This document shows positions 9,483-18,097 of a stretch of 64,000 nucleotides of DNA, piece after piece. The translations under genes were made by a program, and so were the position numbers. The stretch's first letter is position 1; the number at the start of each line of letters is the position of its first letter. Source of the DNA: an uncultured Candidatus Micrarchaeota archaeon. GTDB taxonomy: Archaea > Micrarchaeota > Micrarchaeia > Burarchaeales > Fermentimicrarchaeaceae. The stretch lies in NCBI GenBank assembly GCA_963760615.1, contig CAVXDX010000004.1, positions 64,001-128,000 of the forward strand, read 5' to 3'. The notes below the pieces were generated by a model. It was not told the origin of the DNA. It searched no databases and saw only the letters and a list, made by a program, of their open reading frames with translations.

Positions 9483-10226
9483 TTAAAATCTCAGGAATGA
9501 GGCAATGCCGAGTGCTGCCACCACTCCCAGAATGAAGGAAAGAGCAACCTTCCATGATCTGCCTTTAAAAGCATCTGGAAGAAGTTCTGCAAGAACCACG
9601 TATGACATGGCTCCTGCGGCAAACCCCAGCGCAGGGGGAATTGCTGTCTTAACAATGCTGAGGAATAGGTAACCGAACACTGCAGCAACTCCCTCAATGA
9701 GGCCTGAAAGAACCCCGAACTCAAATGAATTTACGCAGTCTATTCCATAGCATGCAAGTGGAGTTGAGACAAGAGTGCCCTCTGGCACATCTTGGATGGC
9801 TATAGTCGAAGTTACCAACCACCCCAGAGGAGTTGAATGCGCGAATGAGGATGCAACAGCAAATCCTTCAGGCAAGTTATGTATTGTTATAGTTCCTGCA
9901 ATCATGGCTGATTTCTTCTTCGAATCGCTTATCCTCGTTTTCCTTACTAAGAAATGCAGATGAGGCAACGATCTTTCAATTGCGAGGAAGACCAGTACTC
10001 CTGCCAGAAGGGCAATGCTGGCGGTTACATCGCCGACATCTCCCCTAGATTGAATGAACATCTCCACTGCTGAGAATGCCATGACGCCTGCGGAGAATGA
10101 GATGATATTCGAATAGTCCATATGCTCAGATTTTCTGTTCCTAAAAAGAAGCACAACGGCCGAACCAAGAGAAGTGGCTAGGAATACAGTCAATGCACCT
10201 AGAAGTAAATCAACAAATGCCATCAT
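9483..10226 (-). CDS. ZIP-family (ZupT/GufA) divalent metal transporter
   Basis: HNLPEGFAV and IQDVPEG metal-binding motifs; multiple TM segments. Confidence 0.88.
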   Translation of the reverse strand: MMAFVDLLLGALTVFLATSLGSAVVLLFRNRKSEHMDYSNIISFSAGVMAFSAVEMFIQSRGDVGDVTASIALLAGVLVFLAIERSLPHLHFLVRKTRISDSKKKSAMIAGTITIHNLPEGFAVASSFAHSTPLGWLVTSTIAIQDVPEGTLVSTPLACYGIDCVNSFEFGVLSGLIEGVAAVFGYLFLSIVKTAIPPALGFAAGAMSYVVLAELLPDAFKGRSWKVALSFILGVVAALGIASFLRF

Positions 10227-10307
10227 ATCCGCCTTGGAATATTCATATTTTGATGGGAAATAATAAAAACATCAACATGCAATTCATATGATGAGAGGTG
10301 CAGTTTA

Positions 10308-11279
10308 ATGGAGGGCAAGGTAACTGAGTTCATAATGCGTAATTTCAAGCATTTCAACGCCGCAGCTTTGGTGGATGCGGCTGAGGCTTATAAACAGCTT
10401 ATAGACTCTGGAGGAAAGATGTTCTTGGTTATAGCAGGTGCCATGAGCACCGCCGAGCTTGGCATAAGCCTTGCGGAGATGATAAGAAAGGACAAGGTGC
10501 ATGCCATTTCATGCACAGGCGCCAACCTTGAGGAGGATATATTCAACCTGGTTGCAAACAAGCACTACAAGCGTGTTCCTTACTATAGGCAGCTCACTCC
10601 CAAGCAGGAAAAGGAGCTTGCTGATGCAGGGCTCAACAGAGTTACAGACACATGCATACCTGAAGATGAAGCGATGCGCCGGGTTGAGAAGCAACTGCTT
10701 ACCCTCTGGCAAAAGCATGAGAAGGAGGGTAAGCCTATGCTGCCCCATGAGTATATGTATGAGCTACTCCACTCAGGAGTACTTGAGAAGCATTATGAGA
10801 TTGACCCGAAAGACAGCTGGCTCATTGCAGCTTCTGAGAAAAACTTGCCGCTTTTTGTGCCTGGCTGGGAGGATTCCACTCTGGGTAACATGTTCGTCTC
10901 ACAGACGATGAAAGGAGGATTGAAAGACTTATCAATAATGAAAAGCGGCCTGCATTACATGGACGAACTCATCCGCTGGTATACGAAAGAGTCAGCAAAG
11001 CAGAAAATAGGCTTCTTCCAGATAGGGGGAGGAATCGCAGGGGACTTCCCAATTTGTGTTGTGCCACTCATCAACCAGGATTTGAGAAAGAATGTCCCGT
11101 TCTGGTCGTACTTCTGCCAGATATCAGACTCAACCACAAGCTACGGCTCCTATTCAGGTGCAGTGCCAAATGAGAAAATCACGTGGGGAAAGCTCGGCAT
11201 AGACACGCCAAAATTCATAATTGAATCAGATGCAGCAATAGTGGCTCCGCTCATTTTTGCATACGTGCTGGGCTGGTAG
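10308..11279 (+). CDS. Deoxyhypusine synthase-like protein (bacterial type; possibly homospermidine synthase)
   Basis: AGAMST, CTGANLEED, NRVTD, GGGIAGD, SYSGA..NEKITWGK with the active-site Lys. Confidence 0.85.
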   Translation: MEGKVTEFIMRNFKHFNAAALVDAAEAYKQLIDSGGKMFLVIAGAMSTAELGISLAEMIRKDKVHAISCTGANLEEDIFNLVANKHYKRVPYYRQLTPKQEKELADAGLNRVTDTCIPEDEAMRRVEKQLLTLWQKHEKEGKPMLPHEYMYELLHSGVLEKHYEIDPKDSWLIAASEKNLPLFVPGWEDSTLGNMFVSQTMKGGLKDLSIMKSGLHYMDELIRWYTKESAKQKIGFFQIGGGIAGDFPICVVPLINQDLRKNVPFWSYFCQISDSTTSYGSYSGAVPNEKITWGKLGIDTPKFIIESDAAIVAPLIFAYVLGW

Positions 11280-11282
11280 AGT

Positions 11283-12947
11283 TCAGAACCTGCTCCTCTT
11301 CACATAATGGGTGTGTAGCAGCTCCTCAGCCTTTTTGGAGAGTGGCTTTCCGAGCATCTCATCATAAATCTTCTTCACAATCGGATTTTCATGAGACCTG
11401 CGGAGCTTGGAGCTGCGGTCAGCAGAGTAAATTGCTTCAGTCCTCTTCCTTAGTATTTCAGGGTCGCGGTAGACCGGTTGCCCGCCCCCCCCGATGCATC
11501 CTCCAGGGCATGTCATTATCTCTATGAAGTGGTATTTGTCTTTCTGCGCGATGAGCTTGCGCGCGTTTGCGCCTCCATGCGCACAAGCAAACTTGATTTT
11601 CTTTCCTTTCAGTGTTATGCTGCCCTCCTTTATCCCCTTCATTCCTCGTATCTCTGAAAACTCAAGGTTCTCCAGCTCCTTGCCTGTTGCAAATTTATAC
11701 GCAGTTCTGAGAGCTGCTTCCATGACCCCTCCTGTCGCGCCGAAAATCACGCCAGCACCTGTTGAAATACCCAAAGTAGGGTCAAACTCCTCGTCATGCA
11801 GGGAAGCAAAATCAATATCCTTCATCTTTATGAGCTTGCCAAGCTCTCTGGTGGTGAGCACATAATCAACACCGCTTTTCATCTCCGGTCTGGTGGACTC
11901 AAACTTCTTCGCAGTGCACGGCATAATAGAGACAACAACTATCTTCTTGGGGTCTATGCCTGCTTTTTTTGCATAATAAGTCTTGATGAGCATTCCAAGC
12001 ATCTCATGGGGAGACTTGCAGGTGGACATGTTCTTCAGCAAGTCATGGTAGAAGAACTCCATCATGAGTATCCAACCCGGGCAGCATGTTGTTATCATTG
12101 GAAGCTTGCCGCCCTTCTCAACCCTCCTCAGCAGTTCAGATGCTTCCTCCATTATCGTCATATCCGCTCCCAAATCAACATCAAACACCTTTTCGAACCC
12201 GCACCTGCGGAGTGCAGCAACAGTTTTTCCCGTGACGAGCGTGCCAGCCGGCATTCCGAAAAGCTCGCCTAGTGCAGCGCGGATGGATGGCGCAACCTGT
12301 GCAACCACATACTTTTTACTGTCGTTGAGCGCAGCCATCACACCCTCCAGATGAGAGTACTCCGAAATGGCTCCCACAGGGCAGTTGAGTATGCACTGGC
12401 CGCAGCGTATGCAGGCAACATCTGCAAGAGGATGCTCCCAGTAGGGGGTGATATGCTCGTTGTGCGCCCTGCTTGCAAAGTCTATGGCAAAAACTCCCTG
12501 CACATCTGCGCACACGCGCACGCATCTCCCACAGTTTATGCACTTGTTATCATCTCTTACAACTGCAGCTCCCAAGTCAGGTTTGTATCCCTTTATCTGT
12601 GGGAATCTGGCTTTCCTCATTCCCACTTCATTGTAGATTTCGCACACTTCCAAATCATCCACAAGTCCACAGGAAGGCTCGGGCATCATGAGCTCCATGT
12701 TCAGCTTCCTTGCCTTCACAATTCGCTCGGAATTTGTGACAATGGAAGCGCCCTCCCTTGGCCTTGTAGAGCATGCAGTTACCAGCTTGCCATCCATCTC
12801 CACGAGGCATACACGGCAGCGCGCCTCTGGGAAGAGGCTGGCATGGTAGCAAAGAGTAGGAATAGTGATGCCGTTCTCTCGGCAGATGTCAAGAAGCGAC
12901 TTGCTTCCGTCCACCTCAATTCCCTTTCCATTGAGCTTTATCTTCAT
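11283..12947 (-). CDS. hydA: Group A [FeFe]-hydrogenase catalytic subunit (HydA/HndD-like)
   Basis: H-cluster motifs TTCCPGW, MPCTAKKFE, EIMTCPGGCIGGGGQP. N-terminal [2Fe-2S] Cys set and two CxxCxxCxxxC [4Fe-4S] motifs. Start moved to ATG 12947 (GAGGGT upstream). Confidence 0.95.
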   Translation of the reverse strand: MKIKLNGKGIEVDGSKSLLDICRENGITIPTLCYHASLFPEARCRVCLVEMDGKLVTACSTRPREGASIVTNSERIVKARKLNMELMMPEPSCGLVDDLEVCEIYNEVGMRKARFPQIKGYKPDLGAAVVRDDNKCINCGRCVRVCADVQGVFAIDFASRAHNEHITPYWEHPLADVACIRCGQCILNCPVGAISEYSHLEGVMAALNDSKKYVVAQVAPSIRAALGELFGMPAGTLVTGKTVAALRRCGFEKVFDVDLGADMTIMEEASELLRRVEKGGKLPMITTCCPGWILMMEFFYHDLLKNMSTCKSPHEMLGMLIKTYYAKKAGIDPKKIVVVSIMPCTAKKFESTRPEMKSGVDYVLTTRELGKLIKMKDIDFASLHDEEFDPTLGISTGAGVIFGATGGVMEAALRTAYKFATGKELENLEFSEIRGMKGIKEGSITLKGKKIKFACAHGGANARKLIAQKDKYHFIEIMTCPGGCIGGGGQPVYRDPEILRKRTEAIYSADRSSKLRRSHENPIVKKIYDEMLGKPLSKKAEELLHTHYVKRSRF

Positions 12948-12951
12948 ACCC

Positions 12952-14121
12952 TCACTTCTTTTTCCCAAGGTACGCCTCATAGTCTTCGGGGAAATGCTCT
13001 AGGCTTGTGAGTATGTGTGTGCCGCACGTCTCCCCAAGTCCGCAAAGCGAGGTATCCTGGATATGCGTGGCCAGCTCGCGCAGAATCTGCAAATCCTTCT
13101 TCTCGCCTTCACCACTCCTTATTTTCTTCAGCAGGTTGAGCATGCGGATGGTGCCCTCTCTGCATGGCGTGCACTTGCCGCACGATTCATACGTGTAGAA
13201 TTTCGCAATTGAATACACAATATCCACAATGTTGTGAGTCTCATCTATGAAAATTATGCTGTAGTTCCCATGCTGGCAATCTTCCTTGCATATTGCTTCT
13301 GGAGTGATGCTCATGTTCTTGTCAACAGGCATTATTCCCCCAGCGCAGCCAAAAGACATTGCCTTGAGCTTTTTCTCTGGGCGGGCAACATCTATGACAG
13401 AAGACATCTTCACGCCCAATGGAAACTCGTATACCCCCGGATTCTTGATGTTGCCTGAGAGGGAGAACAGCCTCAGGTTGGCATCCCAGTAGTCAAACAG
13501 CACAGCCTGTGCAGCGCAGGTGAGCGTCTCCACATTGTTTATTAGCGTCGGCTTGCCCCACAGCCCCTGCCTTGTCGGGTTTGGCGGCTTATACATCGCA
13601 GTCCCTCTGAAACCCATGATAGACTGGACAAGGGCTGTGGACTCGCCGCATACGTATGCGCCCGCTCCGCGAACAATTTCTATGCTCACGCCTTTCATAT
13701 CCGCGCGTGCAAGAATGTCCTCAATCTGTCCCTGCAGCTGGGGGTGGAGGTAATCATACTCGCCTCGCAGGTATACGAAGCACCTCTTCGCACCAATTGT
13801 ATAGGAGGCAATCAGAATTCCCTCAATAAGCGTCTGTGGGTTGCATCTGATGATAAGTTTGTCCTTGAAGCTGCCCGGCTCCCCCTCGTCGGCATTGCAC
13901 ACAACGAACCGTTCGTCTGCAGGTGTATCTCTGCAGGTTCGCCACTTCTGGGCGGTTGAGAAAGCCGCGCCTCCCCTTCCCACAAGCCCCTTCTTCTCCA
14001 AAATGGAGAGTACTCCCTCTGAGCCGAGCATACGCGCCTTCTCAAGCGCCTCCAAATTTGTCTGGTGGAATATCTGCATGAGCTCACTTCTTTTTAATCT
14101 TCTTTCTTCTTGAATTGGCAC
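12952..14121 (-). CDS. hydB: NuoF-like FMN/NADH-binding hydrogenase subunit (short HydB)
   Basis: GRGGAAF, CNADEGEPGSFKD, GAGAYVCGE, ESCGKCTPCREG, CGLG. Confidence 0.92.
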   Translation of the reverse strand: MPIQEERRLKRSELMQIFHQTNLEALEKARMLGSEGVLSILEKKGLVGRGGAAFSTAQKWRTCRDTPADERFVVCNADEGEPGSFKDKLIIRCNPQTLIEGILIASYTIGAKRCFVYLRGEYDYLHPQLQGQIEDILARADMKGVSIEIVRGAGAYVCGESTALVQSIMGFRGTAMYKPPNPTRQGLWGKPTLINNVETLTCAAQAVLFDYWDANLRLFSLSGNIKNPGVYEFPLGVKMSSVIDVARPEKKLKAMSFGCAGGIMPVDKNMSITPEAICKEDCQHGNYSIIFIDETHNIVDIVYSIAKFYTYESCGKCTPCREGTIRMLNLLKKIRSGEGEKKDLQILRELATHIQDTSLCGLGETCGTHILTSLEHFPEDYEAYLGKKK

Positions 14122-14536
14122 GCAGCTTCTTCAGGAGCAGCTGCACTCTCTCCACTGTCATCTTGGTGTGCGGCTCTCCATTTATGAGCATCGCAGGAGC
14201 CTCGTCGCAGCACCCGATGCAGGAAGTTTTGTAGAGGGAAAACATACAGTCCTTGGAGGTTTCCCCTATCCTCACGCCTATCTCTTTCTCAAGGAACTTC
14301 TCGAGCTTCATTCCGTTATTCAGAATGCAGGACGGCGAGCCGCAGATCTCAATAACATGCCTGCCCTGGGGCTCGGTGTGGAACATTGTGTAGAATTTGA
14401 CCACTCCGAAAAGCCTGGAGATGGGTATATTCTGCTCTACAGAAATCTTCTTGAGCATCTGCTCAGAAATATAGCCGTGCTTGTCCTGCGCCTCGTGCAG
14501 GATGTTCATAAGCAAAGGAGCGTTTTTACCTTTCAT
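14084..14536 (-). CDS. hydC: NuoE-like [2Fe-2S] subunit (HydC)
   Basis: CGSPSC and CIGCC..APAM motifs; VVKFYTMF. Confidence 0.92.
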   Translation of the reverse strand: MKGKNAPLLMNILHEAQDKHGYISEQMLKKISVEQNIPISRLFGVVKFYTMFHTEPQGRHVIEICGSPSCILNNGMKLEKFLEKEIGVRIGETSKDCMFSLYKTSCIGCCDEAPAMLINGEPHTKMTVERVQLLLKKLRANSRRKKIKKK

Positions 14537-14599
14537 CAGTTCATAATTCTCTAAAAATCCTTATATATTTAACCTATCTATAATTAGTGAGGCGTTTAT

Positions 14600-15163
14600 A
14601 TGGAGATGAAATACTTCTATACTTCGGGTTCATTTTTCAAGCAGGAGTACACACTTTCTCTGGCGCAGGAATATGCTGAGATGATTTTGTATGCGCTTGT
14701 GGCGTTCTCCCTTCCCTTCATTCTGGGGCACGAGCAGCTTCTTGTGGGCTCAGTGGTGAACTGCGCCCTAGTGCTCGCCGCGCTTAACCTGCGTGGGGCT
14801 CGCCTCTTGCCAGTCATACTTCTCCCCAGCATAGGTGCGCTGCTGGCCGGCATGATATTTGGCCCGCTGTCAGCATACCTTGTCTATATGCTGCCATTCA
14901 TCTGGCTGGGCAACTCAATCCTTATATTTGCAGTGAAGGAGCTGGTACTGTCTAGGGGAAAGAACCGCTTGGCAGCGCTTGTAGCAGGTGCATCTGCAAA
15001 GACTGCGCTTCTCTCTGCTTCAGCGTTCGCGCTCTTCTTGTTTGGGTTGGTACCTGTGCAGTTCATAGCAGCATTCGGCATACTGCAGCTTGCAACTGCC
15101 CTCTGCGGAGGAACTGCAGCTATTGGTGTGCAGGAAGCAAAGAGACGGCTTGTAGTGGTTTGA
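14600..15163 (+). CDS. Membrane protein, ECF transporter S-component-like
   Basis: About six TM helices in 187 aa; QLLVGSVVNCAL...LP..GN pattern like S-components. Divergent from hydC across 63 bp. Confidence 0.55.
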   Translation: MEMKYFYTSGSFFKQEYTLSLAQEYAEMILYALVAFSLPFILGHEQLLVGSVVNCALVLAALNLRGARLLPVILLPSIGALLAGMIFGPLSAYLVYMLPFIWLGNSILIFAVKELVLSRGKNRLAALVAGASAKTALLSASAFALFLFGLVPVQFIAAFGILQLATALCGGTAAIGVQEAKRRLVVV

Positions 15164-15295
15164 AATTAAATGTGAATGTACTACTGAGTTGCTGCAACAT
15201 GACGCTTGGGACTACCAGAAGCTTAGTTCGGTACCAACCTAACAAAAACTTAACAATTTTAAATGCATGAATTCTAAGTAATTCAAGGTGATCAA

Positions 15296-16177
15296 ATGGC
15301 TGAAAAAACTGAAAACTCAATACTTATTGTAGGGATAATGATACTGGTGCTTATCACTGCGGGTCTAACCTACTATATAACAAAGACCAGCACTTCTGGC
15401 ATCTCCGTATCCAACCAGACAAACCTGACCGGGCAAACGCCCACAATCACAGTAAGCGGTGAGGCCATGAGAACAGTAACCCCGGATGTGCTTTCAATCG
15501 GGCTTACCATACAAACTTCTGGCTCAACCGCATCTGATTCGGAGACATTGAATGCCGCAGAAACTGCAAAAGTCAAAGCAGCGCTGGTGGCAGCCGGCTT
15601 GAACGAATCTGAAATTCAGACTGAGTCATACTCCACATATCCTACTTATAACCAGTCATGCTATGACTGCTACGGTTATTCAGGTGTAGTTGTCCCCCAA
15701 GTTGCGGATGGAGCTGCTCAAGGCTCTGCTTCCGCACCTGCCATGCCTCCATATCCTTGTAGTTATAGCAAAAACTGCACAATAGTAGGTTACCAGACGA
15801 CACACTCCATACTGATAAAGAGTGGCAACACCGCTGGAGGAGGGAAATACATAGATGCTGCTCTCAATTCTTCCAACCTCACAACTGTAGGCTATGTCTA
15901 CTTCTCGCTGAAAGACCAGACAAGAATTAACATCGAGTCTGAGCTGCAGGTCGAAGCCGCAGCAAGCGCCAAAAGCAAGGCAGGCGACATAGCAAGAGGG
16001 CTCGGGCTGACGCTTGGGAAGGTTGTTTCAGTGAATCCAAACTATTACCCAGTCTATCCTGTCTACGCTTACCAAAACAGCGGAATCGGAACGAAAACAG
16101 CCCCGCCTACAGAAATCTTCCCGACAACCACGACAATGAGCAACTCCGTTACCGTAGTTTATGAGCTTGTGCAGTAA
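15296..16177 (+). CDS. SIMPL (DUF541) domain protein
   Basis: N-terminal anchor, TITVSGEA..VTPD, IQTESYS, ASAKSKA..IARGLGLTLGKVVSV. Confidence 0.85.
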   Translation: MAEKTENSILIVGIMILVLITAGLTYYITKTSTSGISVSNQTNLTGQTPTITVSGEAMRTVTPDVLSIGLTIQTSGSTASDSETLNAAETAKVKAALVAAGLNESEIQTESYSTYPTYNQSCYDCYGYSGVVVPQVADGAAQGSASAPAMPPYPCSYSKNCTIVGYQTTHSILIKSGNTAGGGKYIDAALNSSNLTTVGYVYFSLKDQTRINIESELQVEAAASAKSKAGDIARGLGLTLGKVVSVNPNYYPVYPVYAYQNSGIGTKTAPPTEIFPTTTTMSNSVTVVYELVQ

Positions 16178-16208
16178 ATTGCATATAGCGATGCGCTCAG
16201 GATAAAGT

Positions 16209-16219
16209 TGGTGCAGGGG
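16209..16219 (-). repeat. Copy of the tRNA-Leu 3' end (CCCCTGCA + CCA); att-like repeat
   Basis: GTGCAGGGG at 16211-16219 is identical to 17404-17412; the minus strand reads CCCCTGCACCA. Confidence 0.45.
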
Positions 16220-16341
16220 ATCTTGCCAGAATATGGGAGTATCTGGCATTGGACACGCATGTGAACAGGCAACGACTAAAGGACGGGTGGTGTGCTTAAC
16301 CGAGGACTAATGTTTTATATCGAACCCACGTTATAATAGGT

Positions 16342-17313
16342 ATGTCAAAACAATCTATAGACGCATCAGCGCACATGGAAGGAGCTCCTCAATCAGAACG
16401 GTTATTTCCTGTTGAAAGGGAATACGCCCGTTGCGTTACCGCTTTAAACCACACTGGCATTCTCACACTTCTTCCGAAATCAGAAAGCATTGGAGTGATT
16501 GGAATAGATGGAAAAGAGTATCCAATACCAACCCAAGAACAGGTTGTAGAACTATTTGATCATAATAGAGAGCTTGTAGGTAGAAAAGTTCCACAAGGGT
16601 TTGATCGTTTAGAGCTAACACCTATGGCAATGCCAACACCCCTTCTTATTGACCGAATGAAAGCAGCTATTCTTAAACACGCAGCAGAAGGAAAAATTTA
16701 TCAAACCAGACGTTCTCCTTCTGATTCTTTAATACCTGTTCGTGTCAATACCGAAAAACATGTCTGGATATGGGATACCTTAAGACAGGCACTAGATACA
16801 GACGAGCTTGTATATTTTCCTCAAGAATATTCAAGCAACCATCGGGGACAGACCAAATTAGAAGTAGTCAATAATGGACGTATTTGTGCCGTTCCAGGCT
16901 GGTCTCTGGGATTAGTTGAAAGTTTACCCATTATGCCTCAACAAGGCCGAGGAAAGACATTAGGAGGCAGAAGACAATTAGAAACAGGCTCTTCTCCTCG
17001 TGATTACTTACGAACATTACAGACGCAAGCTTATCAAGGAGAAACAGGAAAAACACTTGAAGATTTTATTACAAAATTTCTTACCCACCTCGAAACAACC
17101 AATGAAGTAAGTAACGACAGGTATGATAACAATGCCTTATGGTTTCTTGGTCAATATGTAAAATATGTAAAACATGTAAAAAGTGACCTTGTGCCGACTG
17201 GGTGGTGGCATCGAGACTTTGGGCGGGCTCGCTTGGATGCGCACCGTCCAGGCAATAGGCTTTGCACTAAGAGTTGGGGTGGGTCCTCCACGGTGAGACT
17301 GCTTAGGCCTTAA
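16342..17313 (+). CDS. Hypothetical protein with AT-rich codon usage
   Basis: 323-aa ORF. Hand count 22/60 GC at 16501-16560, lower than flanking genes. TTTATA about 25 bp upstream of the ATG. Confidence 0.8.
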   Translation: MSKQSIDASAHMEGAPQSERLFPVEREYARCVTALNHTGILTLLPKSESIGVIGIDGKEYPIPTQEQVVELFDHNRELVGRKVPQGFDRLELTPMAMPTPLLIDRMKAAILKHAAEGKIYQTRRSPSDSLIPVRVNTEKHVWIWDTLRQALDTDELVYFPQEYSSNHRGQTKLEVVNNGRICAVPGWSLGLVESLPIMPQQGRGKTLGGRRQLETGSSPRDYLRTLQTQAYQGETGKTLEDFITKFLTHLETTNEVSNDRYDNNALWFLGQYVKYVKHVKSDLVPTGWWHRDFGRARLDAHRPGNRLCTKSWGGSSTVRLLRP

Positions 17314-17404
17314 CCTTTATCTTTCTTTATGGCGAGGCCGGTGGATGCAATGATGTCAGGTTTGAGTTCAAACGGGCAGGGAGTGCACTGAGTCCTGAAC
17401 TGAG

Positions 17405-17489
17405 TGCAGGGGGAGAGATTTGAACTCTCGCAGGCCTAAGCCAACAGATCTTGAGTCTGTCGCGTTTGACCAGGCTCCGCCACCCCTGC
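17405..17489 (-). tRNA. tRNA-Leu(CAA)
   Basis: GCAGGGG/CCCCTGC acceptor stem, ACAGA-CTCAAGA-TCTGT anticodon arm, long variable arm, GAGAG-TTCAAAT-CTCTC. Confidence 0.95.
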
Positions 17490-17530
17490 GCGGGTATAAA
17501 TTACACAACAACTGCTTATAAGTTTTCCAC

Positions 17531-18097
17531 TCAGCGCTTGCACATCTTCACAAAATTCGCGTATATCTCTTCCCCGTGTTCCGTGTGCTCAACTTCGGGG
17601 TGGAATATGCAGCCATATATGGGTCTTTTCTCATGCTTCATTGCCTCATTGGAGCAGTCCTTTGAATGGGCGAGAATCTTGAAGTGTGGGACACCAATAA
17701 CCTCGTCATTGTGGGAAGCCCACACATTGAATTTTCTGGGAAGCCCCTTGAATAAATCATCCTCCTCGTCAACAAGCAGTTCAACCCTTCCATACTCCGG
17801 CTTTTTTGCAGGCTGTACCTTCCCCCCGAAATGCATCCCTATGAACTGGTGCCCGGCGCATATCCCAATTATCGGCTTGCCAAACTTTTCAATATAACGG
17901 GAAAGTTCCTTCAGCTCTTTCACTTCACCCAAGCCAAGCCGTATGGCGCCTCCAGAAAGGACAAGCCCATCGGCGTCTATTTTGCTCAAAGGAGTCTTGC
18001 AGGAAATTATCTCAGTATCCACCTTAAGATAACTCAGAGTCCTCCAGATTCTGTGAGTCCACTGTGAGCCCAAATCTACAACAAGTATTCTCATCAT
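17531..18097 (-). CDS. guaAA: GMP synthase glutamine amidotransferase subunit
   Basis: VVDLGSQW, GICAGHQ, HPEVEH; ATGA overlap with the upstream gene. Confidence 0.93.
   Translation of the reverse strand: MMRILVVDLGSQWTHRIWRTLSYLKVDTEIISCKTPLSKIDADGLVLSGGAIRLGLGEVKELKELSRYIEKFGKPIIGICAGHQFIGMHFGGKVQPAKKPEYGRVELLVDEEDDLFKGLPRKFNVWASHNDEVIGVPHFKILAHSKDCSNEAMKHEKRPIYGCIFHPEVEHTEHGEEIYANFVKMCKR

Noticed and set aside
17349-17403. Box C/D sRNA (ATGATGT...CTGA)
   Set aside because: The C box is imperfect, there is no clear D'/C' pair, and no guide target could be identified by eye.
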